From the NCBI GenBank assembly GCA_028284125.1, contig JANQSI010000018.1, positions 336,998 through 400,997 on the forward strand: 64,000 nucleotides of DNA. Reading direction: 5' to 3'. The position numbers and the translations under genes were made by a program. The notes below the pieces were generated by a model, which saw only the letters and a program-made list of their open reading frames with translations, was not told the origin of the DNA and ran no database searches. The DNA is from Cyclobacteriaceae bacterium. Lineage in GTDB: Bacteria; Bacteroidota; Bacteroidia; Cytophagales; Cyclobacteriaceae. Positions 37,923 to 46,945 of this stretch are shown here, piece after piece. How positions within the stretch are numbered: the stretch's first letter is position 1; each line of letters opens with the position of its first letter.

Positions 37923-39323
37923 TCAAAAATACTTGATCAAAGTGTCAATAATGAAATTTTTCAACTTGTTAAATGGTGGATAGATCAATTTTGGTATCGT
38001 AAATCCTACACGTTGTTTTAGCACAGCTTTCTGGTTGCTAAACGCCAGGAATCCATGATACCCGTGTGCTTTACCAATCCCGCTATTGTTGACTCCTCCA
38101 ATGGGAAGATTTGGATGAATGAACTGAAGCACAGTCTCATTGATAGCCATCATTCCAGATGAAGTTTCTTTTTTTACTTTTCTAATGTTGGATTTGCTTT
38201 TCGAAAAAATGTAGAGCGAAAGCGCTTTTTCTTTCCCGTTGATTATTTCGATCGCTTCATCAATTGAATTGAATGGAATCAATGGAAGTATGGGTCCAAA
38301 AATTTCTTCTTCCATTATTCTTGAGGTTTTGGAAACGTTGCTTAATAGCGTAGGAGTGAATCGAAGGTTTCCTCGATCAGATTTTCCACCAAATTCGAGA
38401 TCGGCTCCTTTTTCAATCGCATCGGCCATGAGATCGTTGATTCGATTGTGATGTTCACGGTTTATGATGGCAGCATAATTCTTTTCTTCTCCGTAGAGCT
38501 TTGTGGATTGCACAACCAATTCTTCAATGAGTTCTTGTTTTACACTGTCATGAACCAACAAATAATCGGGAGCTACGCAGACCTGTCCAGCATTGAGCCA
38601 TTTTCCCCAGGCAATTTTTGTCGCAGCATCTTTTAGGTTAGCTGTCTCATCAACGATGGTTGGAGATTTCCCGCCAAGCTCTAGTGTTATAGATGCTAAG
38701 TTCTTAGAAGCTGCCTCCATCACAATTTTTCCAACTGCCGGACTTCCTGTGAAAAAGATGTGATCGAATGGCAATTCAAGCAGTGCCTGCGACTCTTCTA
38801 CTGCACCTAGAACAACACTCACTTCGTCACTTTCAAAGATTTCATCACACATCTTTTTGATGAGATTCGAGGTATTTTCAGAATATTCCGATGGCTTAAT
38901 TATGACGGAATTACCAGCCGCAAGAGCGGAAACCAATGGTGCGATTGCAAGCTGAAACGGAAAATTCCATGGAGAAATGATTAGGCAGGCACCTTTTGGT
39001 TCCGGTTGACTTTCTGCATTGGTGCCAATAAAAACAAGATTCCTCCTTACTCGTTCCGGCATCATCCAACTTCTCAAGTTTCTACAGACTTTCCTGATTT
39101 CTGACAAAACTGCAAATACTTCTGTAACATCCGTCTCTTCTGTTGGCTTCTGCAAATCTCTATACACAGCCCTGTGAATTTCCGCCCGATTTTTAAGAAT
39201 CCAGTTTTCCAATTTTCTAAGATTCTCTTTTCGGTGAGCTAGCGTTGAGGTACGAAGTTCGATTGACTTCTTTTTGCAGTTTTCAAAAAGCTCGCGAATA
39301 CGGGATTGTGCCAACGTGTCCAT
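37923..39323 (-). CDS. Aldehyde dehydrogenase (class 3-like)
   Basis: SPWNFP, KPSE, FTGS, LELGGKSP, GQVCVAPDY, EEIFGP, GGVNNSGIG. Confidence 0.95.
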   Translation of the reverse strand: MDTLAQSRIRELFENCKKKSIELRTSTLAHRKENLRKLENWILKNRAEIHRAVYRDLQKPTEETDVTEVFAVLSEIRKVCRNLRSWMMPERVRRNLVFIGTNAESQPEPKGACLIISPWNFPFQLAIAPLVSALAAGNSVIIKPSEYSENTSNLIKKMCDEIFESDEVSVVLGAVEESQALLELPFDHIFFTGSPAVGKIVMEAASKNLASITLELGGKSPTIVDETANLKDAATKIAWGKWLNAGQVCVAPDYLLVHDSVKQELIEELVVQSTKLYGEEKNYAAIINREHHNRINDLMADAIEKGADLEFGGKSDRGNLRFTPTLLSNVSKTSRIMEEEIFGPILPLIPFNSIDEAIEIINGKEKALSLYIFSKSKSNIRKVKKETSSGMMAINETVLQFIHPNLPIGGVNNSGIGKAHGYHGFLAFSNQKAVLKQRVGFTIPKLIYPPFNKLKNFIIDTLIKYF

Positions 39324-39336
39324 TTTATAAAAGTAA

Positions 39337-39364
39337 AAAGTCAGCCTTAAATAAAGCTGACTTT
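39337..39364 (-). terminator. Intrinsic terminator after the OmpA gene pair
   Basis: AAAGTCAGC-N10-GCTGACTTT; on the minus strand it is followed by a T run, 25 nt after the stop. Confidence 0.6.
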
Positions 39365-39388
39365 CAAATTCTTTCTATGTAAGGGGTC

Positions 39389-41443
39389 TTATTCGAGTAT
39401 CTTAAACTCAACTCGTCTGTTTTGCGCTCGATTTTCCCTAGTGTCATTTGCTACAAGTGGTTGGCTTTCTCCCATTGCACTCAATTCTAGTCTGTCTTTC
39501 GAGACACCATTTTGGATGAAGTAATTGATCACGGCTTGTGCTCTTCTACCAGAAAGGGATTTATTGTATTGTTCAGGACCAACAGAGTCGGTATGACCTG
39601 AGATTTCGATTCGCTTGATTTGATCATCTTTCAGATACTCGATAAGTCTTTCAAGTACCGGGAAAGAAGCTTCTTTAAGTACCGTTTTATCAAAGTCAAA
39701 GAAAATATTTCGAAGTACAATTTTCTCTCCTTTTTCTATTGGGAAAATAAGCAAGTTCTTTTCTATTGTGTCAGATTCTGTGTACTCTCTGAAGTCAAAA
39801 TCACCGTCTTGGGAAATGTAACCTTCAGCCTCAGCAACTGTCGCATATTGGAAGCCACCTCCTACAGTGAAGTTGAATACACCTGTTTTAGGATGTGCTT
39901 TAACATTGTCTAGGTCCTCTCCCTCTGGAAGTCTTTCAATAATTACACGTGCATTTTCAGCAGGCTCATTGGTTTTAGCATTGATCACTCGGCCTCTCAC
40001 GGTCACAAATACAGGTCGTGGGATCAAATGCTGGACCGAAGAAATGATTGGAGTTTCTTCTATGAATAGATCTTCAACTTTAAAACTGAAAATATCCGTG
40101 TCTTCACCTTTTTCGCCTCGTGTGAAATAAAGGTGCTGTCCACCGTTTGGAATACTGAAGTATTCATCGTCACCATCTTTGTTGATACTTGAACCCATGT
40201 TTTCAGGAGGAGTCCATTTGGTCCATGTATCATCAAGCTTTTGCGTTACGTAAATGTCTGAACCGCCATATCCATTGTACCCGTCAGATGAAAAATAAAG
40301 CGTTGTTCCATCTGCGGCTAGAAATGGAGATTCGTCTTCTCCTGTCGTATTGATTGTGTTTCCAAGGTTTTTCGGAACGGACCACTTTCCATTTCTTTGT
40401 TTGAAACTGATATAAAGGTCTCTTTTTCCATAAGAGTCATCTCTTTCAGCAGACAATAACATGGCTTGACCCTCTGGTACTAAGAAATAGTCTGCATTTG
40501 GAGAGTAGTTGTATTCATCTTCTATTTCTACATCAACTGGATCCGAAAATGTATTACCTTCTCTTGTTGCCATCGAAACTCCAGTGAACATTCGACCATC
40601 TTTTCCATATCTATTTCCAAGAATCAAAACCTCTTTATCTCCAACTTGACTGATGGAACTGATGAAGTTCGGTCCTTTTGTGTTTAGTGGAGCACCCACG
40701 TTGGTCGCTACTTTCCATTCTTCTTTTTCTTCATCCCATTCAGAAACCCAAATGTCTTCAGAGTCATTGGCGCCACCGACATTGTCTGGGTGGTATTGTC
40801 TTGAGAAATACATTTTTTTGCCATCCGGAGAAATGATAGGGCTGTGTTCAGGGTATGTGCTATTAACGTTCGTGCTAAGCTTGTCTGCTTCAATCTCCGT
40901 ATTGATACCTGGCGCTAGGTCGATTAATACATTGATGGGAATATTGGAAGCAGAAATACCGATGGCATCAATTGAATTGTATCCAGGACTGGCTTCTCCA
41001 TCAAGCACTACTTTGATTGCTTGAATTCTATATGAAGTCTCGTCAAAGAATAAATTGAGCAAACGTGCTTCGATTGGTAAATTTCGTGGAGTGAGATCAA
41101 ACAGCTTGTACTCGTTGTAGTCAGTGTCGTATGCATAAACTTCCTTTACCGCTCCTGGATTTTCAGACTCTGCAATTGCAACCTGTTTAGCTCTTAGCGG
41201 ATCTGAGAATGAGACAACAATGAATTCTTCTTTGTTTGTGCGCTTTGGTCGCCAGGCGTTTGGACTTTCTCCACCTCTTGGCAGCACATTTGGTCTATGA
41301 AGTGCCTGAATGGCTGAATATTCATAGGGAGAATATTCTGTAGAGACATCCACAACTTCTGATCCCCAAACAATAGTTTCCTGAGCATAAAGTACACCAG
41401 CGAATGCGAAGCTCAGAATAGTTAGTAATACACTTTTTTTCAT
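39389..41443 (-). CDS. OmpA-family protein with N-terminal jelly-roll-like domain and PD40 repeats
   Basis: Signal peptide (LYA-Q), PD40 repeats (SPIISPDGKKMYFSR, SPFLAADGTTLYFSS), OmpA C-domain (IFFDFDK, GHTDSVG, LSGRRA, NRRVEF). ATG 41443 is preferred. Confidence 0.9.
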   Translation of the reverse strand: MKKSVLLTILSFAFAGVLYAQETIVWGSEVVDVSTEYSPYEYSAIQALHRPNVLPRGGESPNAWRPKRTNKEEFIVVSFSDPLRAKQVAIAESENPGAVKEVYAYDTDYNEYKLFDLTPRNLPIEARLLNLFFDETSYRIQAIKVVLDGEASPGYNSIDAIGISASNIPINVLIDLAPGINTEIEADKLSTNVNSTYPEHSPIISPDGKKMYFSRQYHPDNVGGANDSEDIWVSEWDEEKEEWKVATNVGAPLNTKGPNFISSISQVGDKEVLILGNRYGKDGRMFTGVSMATREGNTFSDPVDVEIEDEYNYSPNADYFLVPEGQAMLLSAERDDSYGKRDLYISFKQRNGKWSVPKNLGNTINTTGEDESPFLAADGTTLYFSSDGYNGYGGSDIYVTQKLDDTWTKWTPPENMGSSINKDGDDEYFSIPNGGQHLYFTRGEKGEDTDIFSFKVEDLFIEETPIISSVQHLIPRPVFVTVRGRVINAKTNEPAENARVIIERLPEGEDLDNVKAHPKTGVFNFTVGGGFQYATVAEAEGYISQDGDFDFREYTESDTIEKNLLIFPIEKGEKIVLRNIFFDFDKTVLKEASFPVLERLIEYLKDDQIKRIEISGHTDSVGPEQYNKSLSGRRAQAVINYFIQNGVSKDRLELSAMGESQPLVANDTRENRAQNRRVEFKILE

Positions 41444-41456
41444 TTGCAATATTTTA

Positions 41457-42146
41457 TTAGCGGCGAATAACTCGTACTTCAACCCTTCTGTTTAATGCTT
41501 TTGCTTCCGGAGTATCATCTCTTGAGAGCGGCTCAGTTCCCCCAAAAGCTCGTGTAAGAATCCTGGCTTTTTTGACCTTTTGGTCTACGAGGTATTCTTT
41601 GACCGCAACCACTCTTGCCTCAGACAATTGCATGTTTGCAGTAGCATTACCTCTAAAATCTGTATGGCCTTCCAGTTGTATTACAATGGCAGGGTTATCA
41701 TTCATCCAGGTGGCTAGCTCGTCCAATTCATTGTATGATTCACTAGAAATAGTGGCTCTTCCTGATGGGAAAATCAAGTTCTCCAGTTTGATCAGTTCTA
41801 CTTCATCCACCGGGAGGTAAAAATCTTCACTTTGTGAGAGATCTGAACCATTACCTGTAATAACGATTTCCTTATCGAATTTTAGGAACCCGGTTTTAGT
41901 TATGGAAATGTTGTAGGTATTTCCCTTCACCAGTGGCATGGAGTAAGTTCCGTCTGCTTGAGTTGCGATCATTCCCATATCATCAAAGTAGGGAAGCTTT
42001 TCATAAAGAATACTTGCTGCTACAACAGATGAATCCTTTGCACTGTAAATCTTCCCGGAAACGCTTATTAATGTATCAGTAGATAGTTGCGCATTTGCTT
42101 GAAGAATAAACAGGATTAATGAGAATCTTAAAGCTGTTTTTGGCAT
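41457..42146 (-). CDS. OmpA-family protein (carboxypeptidase-regulatory-like domain + OmpA C-domain)
   Basis: Signal peptide ending ANA-Q; VSGKIYSAKD; GHTDFRG, LSEARV, NRRVEV. Confidence 0.9.
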   Translation of the reverse strand: MPKTALRFSLILFILQANAQLSTDTLISVSGKIYSAKDSSVVAASILYEKLPYFDDMGMIATQADGTYSMPLVKGNTYNISITKTGFLKFDKEIVITGNGSDLSQSEDFYLPVDEVELIKLENLIFPSGRATISSESYNELDELATWMNDNPAIVIQLEGHTDFRGNATANMQLSEARVVAVKEYLVDQKVKKARILTRAFGGTEPLSRDDTPEAKALNRRVEVRVIRR

Positions 42147-42165
42147 GTGATTATTAGGGTTTACC

Positions 42166-42173
42166 CAAAATTA
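42166..42173 (-). promoter_or_regulatory. -7 promoter box TAATTTTG for the OmpA pair
   Basis: Exact TAnnTTTG on the minus strand, 20 nt upstream of ATG 42146. Confidence 0.55.
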
Positions 42174-42183
42174 ATTGAAATAA

Positions 42184-42217
42184 CGAAAGAATGGCCATCA
42201 TCATGCCGTCCTTTTCG
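42184..42217 (-). terminator. Possible terminator hairpin after the M23 peptidase gene
   Basis: Imperfect stem CGAAAGAATGGC/GCCGTCCTTTTCG, 12 nt after the stop. Confidence 0.3.
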
Positions 42218-42228
42218 ATAAGTCAATG

Positions 42229-43524
42229 CTAATCCACTGTGGGAAGTGGATATTTGATAGACGCAAGTAGTGGTTCGGGTTTGGGAAATTCAATCAAATC
42301 AAGCCGTTCACGGACTGAATCAGCGTGTAACTTGAATGTATTTAGATTTTCCTTATCAATTCCTTTTGATGAAGGTAGATCTACTTTTAGGGCATCTACC
42401 TGACGTCCATTTTTCCAAAACCTAAAACATAGATGCGGTCCGTTGGCAAGTCCTGTTTGGCCAACATAACCAATGGTTGCGCCTTGTTTGACTTTTACGC
42501 CAGGGCGAATACCACGAGCAATTTTAGACATGTGTAGGTATTGAGTAGTGTAATTGCTGTTATGCTTGATCTTCACATAATTTCCATTCCCACCATGATA
42601 TCGGGCTTCCAGAACTACTCCATCACCAACGGTTCTGATTGGTGTTCCTATTGGTGCCGCATAATCGGTACCAAGATGTGCCTTATATCTTCGCAGAACT
42701 GGATGAAATCTCTTCGGTGAATAACGAGAGCTTATTCGAGTGAAATTCAAGGGAGCTCGTAAAAAAGTTTTTCTGAGACTATTTCCTTCTTCATCGAAGA
42801 AATCAATTTTCTCTTTATCTGCGTATGGGATTGCGTAATATTCTTTACCAATGTGCTCGAAGTACGCTGCTTTAATCTCTCCAATATCAGAGATTTGACC
42901 GTCAACCATCTGCTCTTCATAGACGACTTTCAATCTATCTCCTTTTGCAATTCTGAAAAAATCAACCTGCCATGCAAAAACATCCACCAAGCGGTTCACC
43001 AGGATTGGGGAAGAATTCTGTTCAAGAATAGCCTCATACATGGAAGAGTTAATCTCCACTGCCAATGATCTTTCCACCACTTCAACAGGTTTTTGGTTTA
43101 CTTGAGCGAAAATGGAATCTTGAAAATTGTAAACTACATATTCAGTTAGAGATGGTTCAAATATGAATTGATGGGCTGTTTTCAGAGAATCACGATCATG
43201 GATGATCACGTATTCAGCCCCAGCTTTTAGTTTTCGAACATCATATACTTTTTTTGAGACATTTGACAGCTCATACAATGCTTGACCGGAAACATTGTAA
43301 TCATCTAAAATCTCAGCTAGAAACTGATTCCACTTTACTTTTCCTTTTGTGACCTCAAATGAGTCGATTGGGAATCCGTACAACAAAGTAGGCTCTGGTA
43401 CAGGAGCTTGAATTGTATTAGGAATGTTTTCAACAACCATTTCCTCCTCTTCAGAAGAAAGGTAAAAGAAAGAGACCATCGCTATGGTAAGGCTGGTTAA
43501 TAGCAGCCAAAACTTAGTTTTCAA
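42229..43524 (-). CDS. M23-family peptidoglycan DD-endopeptidase (MepM-like)
   Basis: N-terminal TM anchor; RFHPVL..YKAHLGTDYAAP (HxxxD) and GPHLCF (HxH-like) motifs. Confidence 0.92.
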   Translation of the reverse strand: MKTKFWLLLTSLTIAMVSFFYLSSEEEEMVVENIPNTIQAPVPEPTLLYGFPIDSFEVTKGKVKWNQFLAEILDDYNVSGQALYELSNVSKKVYDVRKLKAGAEYVIIHDRDSLKTAHQFIFEPSLTEYVVYNFQDSIFAQVNQKPVEVVERSLAVEINSSMYEAILEQNSSPILVNRLVDVFAWQVDFFRIAKGDRLKVVYEEQMVDGQISDIGEIKAAYFEHIGKEYYAIPYADKEKIDFFDEEGNSLRKTFLRAPLNFTRISSRYSPKRFHPVLRRYKAHLGTDYAAPIGTPIRTVGDGVVLEARYHGGNGNYVKIKHNSNYTTQYLHMSKIARGIRPGVKVKQGATIGYVGQTGLANGPHLCFRFWKNGRQVDALKVDLPSSKGIDKENLNTFKLHADSVRERLDLIEFPKPEPLLASIKYPLPTVD

Positions 43525-43535
43525 TGTATTTTGAG

Positions 43536-45485
43536 CTAATCCAGCCGTAAAACTGTACTATTTCTATGATTTTCCAAGGCCTGATCCAAAAAATCAACAA
43601 ATCTTGAAATGTTAAGGTCATAGGCTTTTGGCTCAATTAACAGCTCTCCGTCCTCATTGAGAATGACATAAAAGGGTTGAGCATTGTTGTTGAACCTTGT
43701 GATTTGGAAGTCTGCATTTTGCTGTCCAATCGTTTTTTTGGTCTTACCGTCATATGTTGATTTATACCAGGTGTCTTGCGAAAGTTGTGTTCTATCGTCA
43801 ACATACAAGGCTACCAAAACAAAGTTTTCACTCAGCCTTTTTAAGACTTCTGGGTTGGACCAAACACGTTGTTCCATTTCACGGCAATTCACGCATCCGT
43901 GACCGGTGAAATCAATAAATAGCGGCTTCCCTTGCTCTTTTGCGCAAGCCAATGATTGCTCATAATCGAAATAACCTTTGAGTCCATGCGGCCATTCCAG
44001 GATATCATCGTAAAGTGGCTCTTCGCAGGTGCTACCACCGGCCTCTTTTTGTAATAGATTAAAGTTGTGTGTAGACATGGGAGGAAGGAAGCCGGAAAGT
44101 GATTTTAGAGGTGCCCCCCAAAGTCCTGGAATAAGAGAAATAGTGAATGCAAACGTCACGACCGCCAAAAGAAGGCGGCCTACTGATATTTTGTTGGAAT
44201 CGGAATCACCGGAAAGTTTGATTTTTCCAATAAGATAAAACCCAAGCAACCCGAAGATGGTAATCCAAACCGCAATGAATACTTCGCGATCTAGTATTCC
44301 CCAATGGTACGCCAGATCTGCTACACTTAGGAATTTCATCGCCAGAGCTAATTCTAAAAACCCTAAAACAACCTTTACTGAGTTCATCCAGCCACCCGAT
44401 TGAGGCATAGTATTTAACCAAGCTGGGAAAATTGCAAACCCAGTGAAAGGAATTGCAAAAGCTAAAGAGAACCCAAACATTGCGGTAGTTCCTTCCAGAA
44501 TGCTTCCGCCACTTAAGGTGTTTATCAACGCAGTTCCGACTATGGGGAACGTGCAGGAAAAACTTACCAGAACAAGTGTTATGGCCATAAAGAATATTCC
44601 GATAAGTCCACCTCTGTCTGCTTGTCTATCAATTTTGTTGACAATCCCACTAGGAAGCGTCATCTCGAACAGCCCAAAAAATGAAAGAGCAAAAAGGATG
44701 AAAACAGCGAATATTATGATGTTGAAAAGCCAATGCGTGCTGAGCGCATTGAGTGCTGTAAATCCCCAAATAAGTGATATCAGAAAACCAAGCACACTGA
44801 AGAACACAATAATTGAGAGGCCATAAATTAGTGCTTTCCCAATTCCTTCCTTACGACTCTTGCTTTGTTTCAGAAAAATAGAAACGGTGATGGGGATCAT
44901 TGGATAAACACACGGTGTTAGCAACGCCACAAGCCCGGCTAAAAAAGCTGTAATCAAAATGGAGATGAGACTCTTGCTGTTGGTAGGCGTGGATGTTGAA
45001 GTAGCAACATTTTGTTGAGGCACTGGTTCGGACCCAGAACCGAGCGTGAAATCATCATCAAATGGAATGCATTTTCCATCAATGTCTGAGCAAACCTGGT
45101 AGGTGTAATTCCCAGTAATTGAAAAGTCTTCCTTTAGAATTTTTACTTTTTGAATGAACTGTCCTTTTTCACTGAAATAGGTGTATTCACCCATCCATAG
45201 TGAATCGAATTTCTTCTTTGGATTGACGGGAATGATTTCGCCAACTCTTTCGTAGGTGTCATTTTCTTCGAAAAAGAATTCCGTGACCATCGGTCCCAGA
45301 TCAGGATCAAAATCAGAGGAATACAAATACCAGGTATCGTCAATGGTAGAATTGAAACGAATTTCAACTTCATCTCCTACGGCTGGATTTTCATTGCTCA
45401 ACTCAATTTCCCAGCTTATAGGCTTTAGAATTTGGCTGAAACCAATGATTGGAAGAGCGACAAGTACAAAAAAGAGTTTCCTCAT
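43536..45485 (-). CDS. dsbD: Thiol:disulfide interchange protein DsbD / cytochrome c biogenesis protein
   Basis: N-domain with CSDIDGKC, TM domain with LTPCVYP and SFSCTFP, C-terminal thioredoxin GCVNC. Confidence 0.88.
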   Translation of the reverse strand: MRKLFFVLVALPIIGFSQILKPISWEIELSNENPAVGDEVEIRFNSTIDDTWYLYSSDFDPDLGPMVTEFFFEENDTYERVGEIIPVNPKKKFDSLWMGEYTYFSEKGQFIQKVKILKEDFSITGNYTYQVCSDIDGKCIPFDDDFTLGSGSEPVPQQNVATSTSTPTNSKSLISILITAFLAGLVALLTPCVYPMIPITVSIFLKQSKSRKEGIGKALIYGLSIIVFFSVLGFLISLIWGFTALNALSTHWLFNIIIFAVFILFALSFFGLFEMTLPSGIVNKIDRQADRGGLIGIFFMAITLVLVSFSCTFPIVGTALINTLSGGSILEGTTAMFGFSLAFAIPFTGFAIFPAWLNTMPQSGGWMNSVKVVLGFLELALAMKFLSVADLAYHWGILDREVFIAVWITIFGLLGFYLIGKIKLSGDSDSNKISVGRLLLAVVTFAFTISLIPGLWGAPLKSLSGFLPPMSTHNFNLLQKEAGGSTCEEPLYDDILEWPHGLKGYFDYEQSLACAKEQGKPLFIDFTGHGCVNCREMEQRVWSNPEVLKRLSENFVLVALYVDDRTQLSQDTWYKSTYDGKTKKTIGQQNADFQITRFNNNAQPFYVILNEDGELLIEPKAYDLNISRFVDFLDQALENHRNSTVLRLD

Positions 45486-45488
45486 GAC

Positions 45489-46853
45489 TTACTTTGACAT
45501 GTCAGCGAAAAACCGATAGAAATGAGAAATCGTTTCAATTCCACGGAAATAATTAAAAAGCCCATAACTCTCATTCGGCGAATGGATAGCATCTTCTTGC
45601 AATCCGAATCCCATAAGAATGGAATCCAGCCCAAGCTCTTTTTGAAAAAGTGCTACGATTGGAATACTACCTCCTTCTCTGGTTGGAATTGGCGTTTTCC
45701 CCCAAGTTTCTTCCATTGCTCTCTCGGCAGCTTTATATCCAATTGAATCCGTAGGGATTACAACAGGTTCTCCGCCATGATGTGGAGTGATCTTTACATC
45801 AACAGACTTTGGAGCAATCCTTTTGAAATGTTCGGTGAACATTTCTGTAATCTCATCGCTGATCTGATGCGGGACTAATCGCATGGAGATTTTGGCATAT
45901 GCTTTTGATGGCAATACTGTTTTTGCACCTTCTCCAGTATATCCACCCCAAATTCCATTGACATCAAGAGTTGGGCGAATTCCGGTTCTTTCGATGGTTG
46001 AAAATCCTTCCTCGCCTTTTTCTTCTTCAATATCTAGAAGGCTTTTGAATTCATTTAAATCGAAAGGCGCTTCTGCCATTTTATCTCGGTATTCTCGAGA
46101 AAGTTCTTCCACTTTGTCATAGAATCCTGGAATAGTGATTTTCCCGTTTTCATCTTGAAGTGAAGCAATCATTTGACACAAAATGTTGATCGGATTTCCT
46201 ACCGCGCCACCGTATGTTCCTGAATGAAGATCCCTGTTTGGGCCAGTAACTTCCACTTCGAGATAGCTCAAGCCACGCAAGCCAACAGTGATCGAAGGAG
46301 TATCGTTGCTGATGATGTGAGTATCAGAAATCACAATGACATCAGCCTTCAACTTTTCTTTATTTTCCTTTACAAAAACTCCTAGGTTGTCTGAGCCAAC
46401 TTCTTCTTCACCCTCGATCATGAACTTCAGGTTGCATGGAAGAGAATCGGTTTTAAGGAGTGCCTCGTAAGCTTTCACATGCATGTAGACCTGCCCTTTG
46501 TCGTCAGCTGAGCCACGAGCATAGATTTTGTCATCTTTAATAACGGGCTCAAAAGGTGGAGAATCCCATAGGTCTAGCGGATCGGGCGGTTGAACATCAT
46601 AGTGCCCATAGACAAGAACAGTTGGCAGAGATGAGTCTATGATTTTTTCGGCGTAAACGATTGGGTGTCCAGCTGTTTCACAAATCTCAACCGTAGTGTC
46701 TAAGTCTTCAAATTTCTTTTTTAGATATTCTGCTGCCTTGGCAACATCAGCCGTGAATTTTGAATCAGCACTCACGGACGGGATTTTCAGCAGTTCTAAA
46801 AGTTCGTCCAAGAAACGATCTTTATTCTCTTCTATAAAGCTTGTTGCACTCAT
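45489..46853 (-). CDS. M20-family dipeptidase
   Basis: VYGHYDVQP, ARGSADDKGQ, EGEEEVGS, GGSIP, IHSPNE. Confidence 0.93.
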   Translation of the reverse strand: MSATSFIEENKDRFLDELLELLKIPSVSADSKFTADVAKAAEYLKKKFEDLDTTVEICETAGHPIVYAEKIIDSSLPTVLVYGHYDVQPPDPLDLWDSPPFEPVIKDDKIYARGSADDKGQVYMHVKAYEALLKTDSLPCNLKFMIEGEEEVGSDNLGVFVKENKEKLKADVIVISDTHIISNDTPSITVGLRGLSYLEVEVTGPNRDLHSGTYGGAVGNPINILCQMIASLQDENGKITIPGFYDKVEELSREYRDKMAEAPFDLNEFKSLLDIEEEKGEEGFSTIERTGIRPTLDVNGIWGGYTGEGAKTVLPSKAYAKISMRLVPHQISDEITEMFTEHFKRIAPKSVDVKITPHHGGEPVVIPTDSIGYKAAERAMEETWGKTPIPTREGGSIPIVALFQKELGLDSILMGFGLQEDAIHSPNESYGLFNYFRGIETISHFYRFFADMSK

Positions 46854-46880
46854 AAAGTGAAAGTCTTGTTGGTTCTATCG

Positions 46881-46888
46881 CAAACTTA
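46881..46888 (-). promoter_or_regulatory. -7 promoter box TAAGTTTG for the dipeptidase-dsbD-M23 genes
   Basis: Exact TAnnTTTG, 28 nt upstream of ATG 46853. Confidence 0.6.
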
Positions 46889-46945
46889 ATTGGATTATGC
46901 TTCAACGGACAGTAAAATACAAGGATTCGAAAATGTTACGATAGG

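Noticed and set aside
41444-41482. N-terminal extension of the large OmpA protein
   Set aside because: It overlaps the upstream OmpA gene; the signal peptide begins at ATG 41443.
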